A DNA stretch of 39,548 bases from an archaeon. GTDB taxonomy: Archaea; EX4484-52; B79-G9. Below are positions 28,477-38,528 of the stretch, piece after piece. Position 1 is the stretch's first letter. The number at the start of each line of letters is the position of its first letter. A program made the position numbers and the translations under genes. Where the stretch lies: assembly GCA_043813875.1 (NCBI GenBank), contig JBDRKP010000023.1, positions 1-39,548 of the forward strand. Direction: 5' to 3'. The notes under the pieces were generated by a model, which saw nothing but the letters and a program-made list of their open reading frames with translations, did not search any database and had not been told where the DNA came from.

Positions 28477-30687
28477 TCATGACATCCCGCTCATATTCGC
28501 AATTCCCAGGAGCGGCGAAAATACCATCATTATGATAATCAGGATAACAATATAGCTGACCGTCCCGATAGTCACAAACTTCCATATCGTGTCCGACTCC
28601 CTGATTTCATCAACACCTACCTCAATTCTGTTAACAAAGATCGCAAGAAGCACAAGGATTTGAACAACATAAACCCCGACAACAATCTGCAGAAGTTCTG
28701 CAGGCATAGATTCCTTGACATTTATAATCGATAGCGGGCTAAGTCCGGAAGCCTCTCCCGGCATATTTCTGGTCAGATTCTCAAAAGTGCTCGAAAGCCC
28801 GGTAAGCATCTTGATAATCAGGTCCGATACCGCGATGACAACCCCCGATATCGCAGGCACAAGTACATACGCCTGGAACTTCATCGAAGACACCGTAGAC
28901 GACAACAGGTCATTGATCTTCTCCTGGGTGACCCTTAGAGTCCTAAGATACTTAGCGATCGTAAGCATCGTCACAGCGCCATACTTGCTGCCGCGCTCAA
29001 GCGTCCCTGCAATCGACCTCATGATCGTGTGTATCAAAGGCGACGGATATTCATTAAGAGCGCCGTATTTCGGATCAAAAAGCGAATCTTCAAAACTCAT
29101 GCTCAAACGGTTCATATTCTTCAGGCTGACCTCAAAAAGTTTCGAAATCGAAAGCTCCTGAGTATCCTCAATAGCCTTCTCCAAAGCGAACTCAATCGGT
29201 ATCCCGGACACAAGCCTGTTGCCCAAAGCAAACATTGCCTGCTCAAACTCTTCCTCAATCGATGATACCCTTTCTCTGACCTCGAGAGTCTTATAGCACT
29301 TCCCTTTATGATATATTACAAAAATAACCGCCAGCCCGACAACAACAAGAAGGCTCATCATCATAGTGCCCATAGTATGCACAAGTGTGGTATCATCATC
29401 AGCGCAGGCGGCAAACATCTCGCCCGGCGCGCAATTTTGAAACATGTTCGTTGCAATAAGATATTTTAATCCAGGAACAAGAAAGATCATTCCCCCGACA
29501 ATTGAAAACAGAAGAATGATCCTCTTCATGTTAAGCATATTTCTTATAGAAAATCCTCGCTCAATTTCCATTGATTTATTCAACGCAACCTCCACGCTGG
29601 AATGCGTCGACGGTCTTGTTCCAAGTATTTGCCTTATAAATATATAGACAACAAGAGGCAGGAATATGTCATACCCTAAAAAAAGATACAATGGTATGTT
29701 TGGGCTATCAGAAGCAAGAAAAATCGAAAGAAGCGGGAACACGATCATCCCCATGACAGGCAAAAGTATACCCAGCCCGTGCAGCACCATAATCGGAGTC
29801 TCAAGATTTCTCGCATACATCTTCATCTTTTCATCCATGCCGTCCAGCACGACATTGATAGCCTTATCAAGCATCGATGTCCTTCTTACTTCATCAGACT
29901 CAAGCATAGATTCCCTGATAAGATGCATCCCCTCAAGAAACTCCTTGTTGTAATTCTTCCATCCTTTAAGATACTCCATTAACGCATCTTCAATCGAATT
30001 ATGGATCCCGACCTCTACTTTCCAAAAAACCCTCTTCAGATCCCACTTCAATTTACCCGTAACATTCTTGGCAGCGAACCTGACCGCATTCTCAAGATTC
30101 GGCGTCGATCTGAGATACACCACAATATATAAAAGAGCTGTGATCAGCTCACGCCCCTCCCTTATTCTGACCGTGTTTGCATAATTGAATGGATACGTCA
30201 ACATAAAATAAGCCACAAGAAGCGGCACAAATAATATCAGGATCAATTTGAGAATAATAGTGCCGACCGGCAGAAAAAATGTAAACACAAGCAACAGGAA
30301 AGAAAGCAGCGCAGCAACAACACTGGCCCCTGTGACATCTTCCGGTGTGCTGTGCATCCCGCTGAAATTGATCGCATTCTGCAACTTTGTCTTCGTATCA
30401 TCATCAGGAGGCAATCTTAGGATCTTTCCGGAATAATAGCAGAATTTTTCATAGGCAGTATGTGGTTCCTTTGAATATTTCTCTTCCTCCTGGTACAGTT
30501 TATATTCCTGGGATCCCAAGTCTATTCTTCTTTTGCCCGTCTTATTGAACTCATATTTTTCAGGCATACTGTAATTTAATTCAGATTCGTTTTTTTTCTC
30601 ATCCATGATTCTTTTGATTAAGTCATCTCTCTCCTTTTTTATGATTTCTTCCTCAGTCAGCTTCTTTTTTTTCTCAAACAGGCCCAT
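28477..30687 (-). CDS. Type IV pilus/T2SS-F (TadC-like) membrane platform protein A
   Basis: Many TMs; two T2SSF-like units (YLRSTPNLENAVRFAA; LGNRLVSGIPIEFAL); downstream of the ATPase. Confidence 0.82.
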   Translation of the reverse strand: MGLFEKKKKLTEEEIIKKERDDLIKRIMDEKKNESELNYSMPEKYEFNKTGKRRIDLGSQEYKLYQEEEKYSKEPHTAYEKFCYYSGKILRLPPDDDTKTKLQNAINFSGMHSTPEDVTGASVVAALLSFLLLVFTFFLPVGTIILKLILILFVPLLVAYFMLTYPFNYANTVRIREGRELITALLYIVVYLRSTPNLENAVRFAAKNVTGKLKWDLKRVFWKVEVGIHNSIEDALMEYLKGWKNYNKEFLEGMHLIRESMLESDEVRRTSMLDKAINVVLDGMDEKMKMYARNLETPIMVLHGLGILLPVMGMIVFPLLSIFLASDSPNIPLYLFLGYDIFLPLVVYIFIRQILGTRPSTHSSVEVALNKSMEIERGFSIRNMLNMKRIILLFSIVGGMIFLVPGLKYLIATNMFQNCAPGEMFAACADDDTTLVHTMGTMMMSLLVVVGLAVIFVIYHKGKCYKTLEVRERVSSIEEEFEQAMFALGNRLVSGIPIEFALEKAIEDTQELSISKLFEVSLKNMNRLSMSFEDSLFDPKYGALNEYPSPLIHTIMRSIAGTLERGSKYGAVTMLTIAKYLRTLRVTQEKINDLLSSTVSSMKFQAYVLVPAISGVVIAVSDLIIKMLTGLSSTFENLTRNMPGEASGLSPLSIINVKESMPAELLQIVVGVYVVQILVLLAIFVNRIEVGVDEIRESDTIWKFVTIGTVSYIVILIIIMMVFSPLLGIANMSGMS

Positions 30688-30800
30688 AAAAATCAACAAT
30701 AATTAATTCTCCCGCGTCACAGGTTCAGACCACAAGGTAACTCCAATAAAAATATGTGCATATCTACTACTTAAAATTATCAAAAGATTATCAAAAATTA

Positions 30801-33065
30801 TCAGGAAGGATATCTCCCAATTTTCTCTTTGATCTCATTTTTCAGCCATTCATCCCATCTTGCAAAAATCCTCTGTGAGTCCAGAGTGCCGTATTCGTCC
30901 TTCACTTTCTCAGTAATGACATGGAACTGGTCATTGGAATTCGTAGTGAACTCAGCTTCAAGAATACTCAGATCACCGACTTTTCTGGCATAATTACAAA
31001 GAGTCTCCTTCACCTTCGCCCTCAGCTGGATATTATCCCATACAGCTTCCCAGTTGTCTCTCCATTCTTTGACACGGTTAGCGATCTCATTTATGATGAA
31101 GCTTTCCCCATTAAGAAAAGTCTCCGTCGGCTCCAGGATATCCTTTTTAGAATTATATTCCATAAGAGGAACAAACGCCTTCTCTTTTTGCGGGTCGTCG
31201 CTCCATTCCTTTGTGACTTCAGTAATACTCATCATCCTCCTGAAAGTGTGAAGCCCGTCAGCGGAACGCAATCTGTTGTTCATGACGATGATATCTGTTG
31301 CCTTAAAGCTTGTAGGAGGAACCTCGAGGTCATTGACAACCCTGTCAAACACACCATAAGGCGAATCGCCGTGTATGGTGCCTGCAACGACATTGGCAAG
31401 AGCGCCGATTCTCATGGCTTCATACAATGCTTTAGCCTCAAGAGACCTTACTTCCCCGATTATAAGACAAGAATCACCTAACCTTAGCGACGTCCTGATG
31501 GCTTCATCTGTGGGCAGTTCGATCTCGACATGCGTGATGACCGACCGTGACTTCAATCTGACTATATTGAACCCCATATTACTTAACGCCTCAACAGGCA
31601 ATTCAAGCGTGTCTTCGACAGTAAGGATCCTGTACCTTTTCATGATCTCAGTAAGCGTCGCGCCAAGCATACTCGTTTTCCCGCTGGACCTCGTGCCGGC
31701 AAAAAGCAAGGTCCTAGCGCCATCTATGATAAAGCTCAAAAGGCCAGCGGCAAGCGGCGTCAGCATATTGGCATTAATCATGAGATTATACGTCCACGGC
31801 TTATCCCTGTGTCTTCGAAGCGCTAAAGCAAGCCCGTCCGGGCTCAACGTTCTTGTGATAGCGGCGACTCTCGCCCGCCCCCCCGGCAGGTCAATTTCAG
31901 TATCAAGTACCGGATTCGCTTCATCAAGCGGCCTCCCCGACGCGATCCTGAATCTTGTCGACCATGCATCCGCATCCTCTTGGGTAGGTATGATGTTCGT
32001 ATCGCATTCCTCGTGCCGCGCATGGAAAAGATAGAACGGCATCTGTCCGACAGGCGCATTCAGATACAAGTCCTGCACATTCTCATCCGCAAGAATCACT
32101 TCAAGCATACCGAATCCCGCCGTATATCGCGTAAGGATTTCAGCCAGCTCATCAATCTTTTTCGGCGAAAGAGTGATATTCATCGTATCAGAGATATCGG
32201 TGATCATATCCCTTCCGATATTATAGAATATCTCTCTTGTCCTTTCAGGCTCAGTAAACTCAGACCTGTTCGGCTTATGCGCAGCCATATACCTTCTCGC
32301 GGTATCAAGTATAGAATACTCCGTCTCCTGCAGATTGAATTCCGGCGGAATGATATGATACCTCACATTCACCCTTCCAGGTATCCTAAGGCACAGCACC
32401 TCAGTTTTCCCGACAAAATATCTCTCTACCTGCACAGCTCCCATCGGTATAGCCGTCATATATTTCGTAAGCATGAAATTCGGCTTGATAGTAGGATGGA
32501 ACAACTCCCTGTATATTTCACGCGAACCGATATGATACCCGACCAGCCTGTCTTTGACCTTCTGTATCATCTCAGTCTTATCAAGAACCTCTTTAATCAT
32601 CAGAAGCTTATTATTGATGAAATCATCATAGCATTTGGCACAATTAGGATAGCTGTCTTTTGACTTCTGCGTAAGATACTTTATCTCCCTGATAAGCCTC
32701 ACATAAGCGCCCACAGGATCCCTCTTCATCTGATACCCCACAAGATTCTGCACAAATCCTACTCTTTCAGGGATGCACCTTTCACAATTATCCGGCCCTT
32801 TTTCAATCACAAACAGCTTCTTTGTTCTGGCAAGGCTCTTGATAGCATTTGCTACATCCTTAAGCATCTTTGTCTGGTAATAATCATATTCGAACTCCCT
32901 GTTAGCAGAAAGAACAACGTTTGCGACAGTTCCGACCTCGATAAGTTTATCTATTGTCCTTGACATGCATATTTCGAAATCCTCGATACTTGACCCGTAG
33001 AAACAGCCCCTGCAATTAATCCTCAGCCTCTTCTGCTCACGGTCATATTCATAATCACAGACCAT
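30801..33065 (-). CDS. Type II/IV secretion-pilus assembly ATPase (VirB11/TadA/FlaI family) with Cys-rich N-terminus
   Basis: Walker A AGTRSSGKTS, Asp box TVEDTLEL, Walker B LIIGEVR, His box GTIHGD; start placed at ATG 33065 to avoid overlap with the divergent gene. Confidence 0.92.
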   Translation of the reverse strand: MVCDYEYDREQKRLRINCRGCFYGSSIEDFEICMSRTIDKLIEVGTVANVVLSANREFEYDYYQTKMLKDVANAIKSLARTKKLFVIEKGPDNCERCIPERVGFVQNLVGYQMKRDPVGAYVRLIREIKYLTQKSKDSYPNCAKCYDDFINNKLLMIKEVLDKTEMIQKVKDRLVGYHIGSREIYRELFHPTIKPNFMLTKYMTAIPMGAVQVERYFVGKTEVLCLRIPGRVNVRYHIIPPEFNLQETEYSILDTARRYMAAHKPNRSEFTEPERTREIFYNIGRDMITDISDTMNITLSPKKIDELAEILTRYTAGFGMLEVILADENVQDLYLNAPVGQMPFYLFHARHEECDTNIIPTQEDADAWSTRFRIASGRPLDEANPVLDTEIDLPGGRARVAAITRTLSPDGLALALRRHRDKPWTYNLMINANMLTPLAAGLLSFIIDGARTLLFAGTRSSGKTSMLGATLTEIMKRYRILTVEDTLELPVEALSNMGFNIVRLKSRSVITHVEIELPTDEAIRTSLRLGDSCLIIGEVRSLEAKALYEAMRIGALANVVAGTIHGDSPYGVFDRVVNDLEVPPTSFKATDIIVMNNRLRSADGLHTFRRMMSITEVTKEWSDDPQKEKAFVPLMEYNSKKDILEPTETFLNGESFIINEIANRVKEWRDNWEAVWDNIQLRAKVKETLCNYARKVGDLSILEAEFTTNSNDQFHVITEKVKDEYGTLDSQRIFARWDEWLKNEIKEKIGRYPS

Positions 33066-33085
33066 TGAAAATCTTTGGTCAAACA

Positions 33086-33095
33086 TATATAAATA
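33086..33095. promoter_or_regulatory. Candidate shared bidirectional TATA box
   Basis: TATATAAATA lies about 29-31 nt from ATG 33117 (+), and TTTATATA 28 nt from ATG 33065 (-). Confidence 0.55.
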
Positions 33096-33116
33096 GGGTT
33101 CGCCTACTAATAATCT

Positions 33117-35252
33117 ATGTTCAACCCCTTCAGGAAAAGACAGCAAAACACCTCAAACATATCCAATGATCCACGTATCTTGAGTGCTGACTACAAAAAA
33201 TACAGGACCGACGAGAAACTAAAATCCGACTCAAGCCTTTTTGAAAAGATGTGCTTCTTCTCAGGCAGGATAGTTCAGTTAAAATTCAGCCAAAAGATGC
33301 AGGAGAAATTAGAAACAGACATACGTGTCGGTCGTTTGGCAATAAAAGCAGATGATGTTGGCGGACTTTTGGTTATATCGTTGGCACTGATGTCATTATT
33401 GCTCATACCATTATCTTTATTTTATTTTGACAATTCGATGCGTTATGGTATTTGGATATTTCCGATGGCATGGTCATACTACGTACTCACGTATCCTGCA
33501 TTCCGTGCCCAGGTCATAAAAATACAGGCAGCAGATGAAAGCTTGAAAGTAGTGCTGTACATGGCCATGTATCTTGAACTGAATCCGAACCTTGAAAATG
33601 CCGTCCGGTTCGCTGCAGAACACATTGAAGGCCCTCTCGAAAAGGATCTTTCAAAACTGCTTTGGGACCTCGAAATAGGGGTATATACCGACATCCATCA
33701 GGCACTTGGGAAGTACATGCAATTATGGCTCGACTGGAACGTCGAATTTGTAAAATCCGTAGAGCTTCTGATCGATTCCCTCTCCCGTCCTGACGAAGAC
33801 CGCAAAAAATTACTTGAGAAAGCCTTGACATACATTCTGGACAATTCCTATGCAAACATGAGAGAGTACTCCCGTGCCCTCGAGAATCCGATAAAGCTGA
33901 TACAGGCAATGGGTGTGCTTCTTCCCTTGATGGGCCTGATAATGTTTCCGATGGTATCTATATTTTTGAACGGTGACGGACAGACTGTTGATCCTATGTT
34001 TATCGGTGTGGGATACACAGTTATCCTTCCGATGATTCTTTTCTTCCTTATGAGGCGCATACTTATGACACGGCCTGGCGCCTTTGCATACCCGTCGCTT
34101 AAGAACGCACGGGGTCTGCCTCCGGACAACGTTTTCCCGCTGAAGCTAGGCGGCAGGTATTTTTACCTTCCACTGAAAGCGACCGCAATCCTTTTGGCAA
34201 TTATAGTTATGGTCCCGGGCGTTTTCCAGCTATACGGCTATAACGAACAGGTCAGTTACATACAGCGTATCTGCGGTAAATCACCAGATTGCTTTAAGGC
34301 CAATTGGGCTGGTTTTATGGAAAAACAGTATGATCCGGATGTAATATTCAACAACATGCTGCTGGTAATGACAATAATGTGGGGTGGCGCTCTTGGTATA
34401 ATAATCTTTTGTTATGGCCGCAGCGCCAAAAAACAGCAGATTCGTAAAGAGATAACAGAGATAGAGCGCGATCTCTTCATCGGTCTCACCGAACTGGAAA
34501 ATTCTCTCAGTCGTGGCACGCCGATTGAGCGCAGCATATATCATGTGCTTGGCGAATACGAACGCATGCGGATGAAAGAATCACCCTTGTTCCGGTTCTT
34601 CATGGACGTGGTAAACAACATGCAGAAGATTGGTGACACATTTCCGAATGCTCTTTTCGACAAAAATCACGGCTCTGTCATAAAATATCCCTCGATCCTT
34701 CTGCACAACATAATGAAGATGATAGTGGATGCCATCCCTAGAGGGAGCGCAGTCATCACGCGGAACATCTCGATAATCACACGCTATATCGTAAACACCC
34801 GAAAAGTAGAAGAGCTCATCAAAGATCTGCTCGAACAGGTCGCAGGTGCCATGAAGATGCAGGCATCATTCATTGCTCCCATGATCTCTGCCGTCTGTGT
34901 TGCGATGGCTGCGCTGATTGTTCAGATGCTCCAGAAAATATCAGAGAAACTGGAAGATATAGACGATGGTATTGGTATGGGTACCTCTAGCGGAGGCGGC
35001 ATGTCCGAGAGTTTAGGGTTAGTGAACATGAGAAACGTCATGCCGCCGACAATACTCTTGTTGATAGTCGGCGTATACCTTCTGGAACTCATCGTTCTGT
35101 TGTCATACTTTTCAAACGGGATAGAGCACGGTTTTGATGAGATCAATCGTGATATGCTGACAGTAAAAAGCATGTTCATCGGGATGTCCATATTTTCAGG
35201 ATTGGTGATAATGGCTTTGTGGTTATTTGGTTCATTTGTCTACACCCTTTAA
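33117..35252 (+). CDS. TadC-like membrane platform protein B (paralog of 28477-30687)
   Basis: YLELNPNLENAVRFAA, GVLLPLMGLIMFP, LSRGTPIERSI, MKMQA patterns shared with paralog A. Confidence 0.82.
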   Translation: MFNPFRKRQQNTSNISNDPRILSADYKKYRTDEKLKSDSSLFEKMCFFSGRIVQLKFSQKMQEKLETDIRVGRLAIKADDVGGLLVISLALMSLLLIPLSLFYFDNSMRYGIWIFPMAWSYYVLTYPAFRAQVIKIQAADESLKVVLYMAMYLELNPNLENAVRFAAEHIEGPLEKDLSKLLWDLEIGVYTDIHQALGKYMQLWLDWNVEFVKSVELLIDSLSRPDEDRKKLLEKALTYILDNSYANMREYSRALENPIKLIQAMGVLLPLMGLIMFPMVSIFLNGDGQTVDPMFIGVGYTVILPMILFFLMRRILMTRPGAFAYPSLKNARGLPPDNVFPLKLGGRYFYLPLKATAILLAIIVMVPGVFQLYGYNEQVSYIQRICGKSPDCFKANWAGFMEKQYDPDVIFNNMLLVMTIMWGGALGIIIFCYGRSAKKQQIRKEITEIERDLFIGLTELENSLSRGTPIERSIYHVLGEYERMRMKESPLFRFFMDVVNNMQKIGDTFPNALFDKNHGSVIKYPSILLHNIMKMIVDAIPRGSAVITRNISIITRYIVNTRKVEELIKDLLEQVAGAMKMQASFIAPMISAVCVAMAALIVQMLQKISEKLEDIDDGIGMGTSSGGGMSESLGLVNMRNVMPPTILLLIVGVYLLELIVLLSYFSNGIEHGFDEINRDMLTVKSMFIGMSIFSGLVIMALWLFGSFVYTL

Positions 35253-35289
35253 AGGTTAAAGGTAAGTTAAAGGTCAAAGGTAATGATTC

Positions 35290-35724
35290 ATGAAAGGTTT
35301 CAACAGTCCCCAGGAAACTATATTCACAATTTCAGTCATATTGATTGTGGCAGTCTCGGTGATGATGACTTACATCTACCTGCAGACCATACCGATTCCA
35401 CAGAAGTTCGAAAACAATATTGCAGGTGATGCGAAATATATCTCTGGCGAGTTTGCGAAATATGTTGTAGCCTGTTACCAGTCCTACAAATCATCAAAAG
35501 AGACGCGGCAAGACTGCTATGTGCTCCACATCAGGGCAAAAGAGACAGTCCAGAAAAATGATATATTAAATAAGATACCCGAAAATTTAATATCGCGCGA
35601 ATACATACACTTTTCAGATGACAACACATATCTTGCAAAAAAAAACACAAACACTACATTCAAAATAACCTATTACGGGCCGGAAAGCAGATTAGAGATA
35701 ACAAAAATGGATGAGATTATATGA
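35290..35724 (+). CDS. Pilin-like protein, probable class III signal peptide
   Basis: MKG|FNSPQE followed by a hydrophobic helix; two Cys; in the pilus locus. Confidence 0.6.
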   Translation: MKGFNSPQETIFTISVILIVAVSVMMTYIYLQTIPIPQKFENNIAGDAKYISGEFAKYVVACYQSYKSSKETRQDCYVLHIRAKETVQKNDILNKIPENLISREYIHFSDDNTYLAKKNTNTTFKITYYGPESRLEITKMDEII

Positions 35725-36386
35725 AAAATCATGAAATTTGGGCGCGATTTTGGAATTCCAGGCTTTTTAACTGGGGAGAGAATTTGCGCCCAGTTAAAAA
35801 AGGTATTTCACCCGAGAAATTAGCGTATCTTATATTCGCTCTGGTCGGCGCAGTGATCATGCTTGCGATTTATCTGAACTATTACAATCAGCCGCAAGGC
35901 GGTATTTTTTGCACAGTATACGGTGGTGTTTATAAGATACTTCCGACCGGAGACGAGCCCCCGCCCTTGCCCCGGTCCTGCATCCAGGCTCCCCTGGTTG
36001 CACCGGATTCAACGAACATATATGAGAAAGAGAAGTCCGTTGTAGAAGATCGCCTCGTAGAATACATTGTCAGCTGTTACCAGAACAACAAGGATTACTC
36101 AAATCTGACGATGCTATGTTATCACATGCAAATTTCTTCACTAATTGGTGAGATATCAGAGATAGACATAACAAACAACATGGAGCGCACAGGTTACATC
36201 TGCGATGCCCTTGAGAATTCAGTTGTGATTGATGCCAAAGGAATCGCAAGAGATTATTCCTCAATAGAAGAAAGGACCTGCGGCACCAAAGATCAGATCC
36301 TTTGGCTTGTCAATGAAAATATGATCAAAAAAGGAGATGTGGTTGAGATAAAATACTTTGATAGAAAAGTGAAAGTAATCACATGA
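35721..36386 (+). CDS. Pilin-like protein, class III signal peptide (alternative TTG start 35784)
   Basis: KKG|ISPEKLAYLIFALVGAVIML; six Cys. Confidence 0.65.
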   Translation: MKNHEIWARFWNSRLFNWGENLRPVKKGISPEKLAYLIFALVGAVIMLAIYLNYYNQPQGGIFCTVYGGVYKILPTGDEPPPLPRSCIQAPLVAPDSTNIYEKEKSVVEDRLVEYIVSCYQNNKDYSNLTMLCYHMQISSLIGEISEIDITNNMERTGYICDALENSVVIDAKGIARDYSSIEERTCGTKDQILWLVNENMIKKGDVVEIKYFDRKVKVIT

Positions 36387-36494
36387 ACCGGGTAACAGTA
36401 TGGAGGGAATCTTTATATACTACTTTATCCAAATAAGCACATAAATTCAAATCTATGATATATTTTGATTAATAAACAGGCGAGGGTGATAGCA

Positions 36495-37148
36495 ATTTTC
36501 AAACTAAAAAAACATAAGAAAGCACAGATGTCTCTAGAGATGATTATAGGATTAATTATTTTGCTGGTAGTGGCCGCAGTTGTCATCAAGATATTCATGG
36601 ACAAGATGAGTCCGCAACAACTGGAAGGACCCGAAACCCTTGAGCTTGAAGCTTATCGCCAGCATTGTGATTCCTTATGTTCAAGGTATGTGGATACCAA
36701 TTTCGCTGCTGCAGAAGGGCTTGCATATTGCGAGAAATACTTTGAGATTGATCTTAACAAAAACGGAAAGATTCCAGGAGAAGCAGGTAAACTAAACGCT
36801 TTCGGTGTATGTGAGGAAAGAGTATATTGCATGAACATAAAAGAATGTAACTGGGGTTCAAGTAAAAACAGCCGTCTGACACCGCAAAAGTGTAGGGATA
36901 TTATGTGTGATATATATACAGAGCGTCAGGGTGGTGTAACTACTGTGGGTGCTAATGCCTCTGCAGCAGTATATATTGAAAATAAGATTGAATTCGGAAC
37001 ATGTGATCAGTATGATTCTGAAATATCCTTTGAAGATACTTCAACAACTCCATCAACTTCAGTATCACTGGCCGCTTGGCACGTAAGCACATTCCTTCCG
37101 GTTGCTGATGGTGGCTTGGGAGTCCACTGCCGTGGACTAACTGGTTAA
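36495..37148 (+). CDS. Pilin-like protein, class III signal peptide; probable ATT start
   Basis: KKHKKA|QMSLEMIIGLIILLVVAAVVI (+5 Glu); Cys-rich; SD GAGGGTGAT at 36482-36490. Confidence 0.8.
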   Translation: MFKLKKHKKAQMSLEMIIGLIILLVVAAVVIKIFMDKMSPQQLEGPETLELEAYRQHCDSLCSRYVDTNFAAAEGLAYCEKYFEIDLNKNGKIPGEAGKLNAFGVCEERVYCMNIKECNWGSSKNSRLTPQKCRDIMCDIYTERQGGVTTVGANASAAVYIENKIEFGTCDQYDSEISFEDTSTTPSTSVSLAAWHVSTFLPVADGGLGVHCRGLTG

Positions 37149-37176
37149 ATCCGGAAAATAGGATATAACTTATATA

Positions 37177-37206
37177 GGGGCTTTCACCCCGTTTTTTCTT
37201 TTTTTT
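37177..37206 (+). terminator. Hairpin plus oligo-T terminator
   Basis: GGGG-ctttca-CCCC followed by GTTTTTTCTTTTTTTT after the pilin stop. Confidence 0.65.
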
Positions 37207-37339
37207 ATTGTATATAAAGCTAAAGTTGTTATGTTGGATTTGATGTCTGAACCGGCTGCGTATAGGCTTCTGCTTGTTAAATCCTTAGGAATAAAGAGAT
37301 GCGATCTAGATAGCCGTTTATCCAAACAGGTCACTTAAA

Positions 37340-38452
37340 CTAAAACTTCACTTTCTCTCTAAGCGACTCGATGCTTTCTCTATTAGAAATATTATCCATC
37401 CGTATTCCTCTTGTCACAAGCCATTCCCGGGTCCTGCCCGTGATAACGACATCCTTCTTCTTAAGTTCAGAAACGTTAGTTGCCCCGACCAAAAACATAG
37501 CCGTTTTCATCTCATCAATCATTTTCTGAAGAACTTCAACTACATCTATATGCGATCTGGTAGCAGCTTTAAGCAGCGGCAGTGCTAAACCGGCATAATC
37601 CGCGCCAAGCGCAATAGCCTTTGCGGCATCGACCCCGTTTCGTATCCCTCCGGATGCGATGATAGGTATATTGACAGCATTCCTGCACTCCACAATAGAA
37701 CACGCAGTCGGGATTCCCCAGTTCTTAAACAACAATCCGGTATCCTTTTTATCCCGGTAATATTCAACCATGCTAAACGTTGTGCCGCCGAGTCCAGCCA
37801 GATCAATCATCGAGGCGCCCGCTCTTTCAACAGCAATCGCCGTCTCCCTCGAAATGCCTGCGCCCGTCTCCTTGACAACAACCGGCACACCAAGATTATG
37901 GCAGAAATATTTCAGTCTTGCGACAGAGCCCTTCCAGTTTACATTCCCCTCCGGCTGGACAACTTCCTGCAATGGGTTCAGGTGTATTGCAATAGCATCC
38001 GCTCCGATTTCTTTGATGGAATCCTTGATCTCGCGGATATCATATTCCTCTATCAGCTGCACAAGACCTATATTAGAAATAATCGGTATATTCGGCGCAA
38101 CATCCCTCACCTTGTACGTGCCCCATAGCTTATCATCAACCAAAGCAGCCCTGACCGATCCTACTCCGAAAGCGACACCAACCTCTTCAGCTGCCTTTGC
38201 AAGATTCTTATTGATCTTTTCACCGATCTTGGCGCCACCTGTAATCGCTTCAATAACAATCGGCGCATTCAGCTTTTTACCAAGAAAATTCACTGATAGA
38301 TCAATCTCATCCTTATTCAGGTCGACAAGCGCATGATGGACAAGAACGACATCATCAAAACCAGCGGTTATATCTGACTCGATATCCTTCTCAAGACAGA
38401 TACTGATATGGCTCTCCTTTCTGGATTCAACATCACTCTTTTTACCTGCCAT
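37340..38452 (-). CDS. fni: Type 2 isopentenyl-diphosphate delta-isomerase
   Basis: RKESHI, AITGG, GVGS, IHLNPLQEVVQPEG, VKETGAG, GLGGT, WGIPT, ASGGIRNG. Confidence 0.96.
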   Translation of the reverse strand: MAGKKSDVESRKESHISICLEKDIESDITAGFDDVVLVHHALVDLNKDEIDLSVNFLGKKLNAPIVIEAITGGAKIGEKINKNLAKAAEEVGVAFGVGSVRAALVDDKLWGTYKVRDVAPNIPIISNIGLVQLIEEYDIREIKDSIKEIGADAIAIHLNPLQEVVQPEGNVNWKGSVARLKYFCHNLGVPVVVKETGAGISRETAIAVERAGASMIDLAGLGGTTFSMVEYYRDKKDTGLLFKNWGIPTACSIVECRNAVNIPIIASGGIRNGVDAAKAIALGADYAGLALPLLKAATRSHIDVVEVLQKMIDEMKTAMFLVGATNVSELKKKDVVITGRTREWLVTRGIRMDNISNRESIESLREKVKF

Positions 38453-38528
38453 ATATACGCCCGAACATAAATAATATATTCAATATCTTCTTGATAGGCC
38501 GATCATGCCTATACATTACTTCGTTTCA

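Noticed and set aside
33066..33146. ATPase N-terminal extension from 33146
   Set aside because: It would overlap the divergent gene and cover the TATA element; ATG 33065 fits better.
35250..35281. Four AAAGGT direct repeats between platform B and the first pilin
   Set aside because: Too short and SD-like to assign a function.
28477..37148. Archaellum operon
   Set aside because: No archaellin, ArlH or ArlF/G-like genes recognised; a generic type IV pilus fits better.
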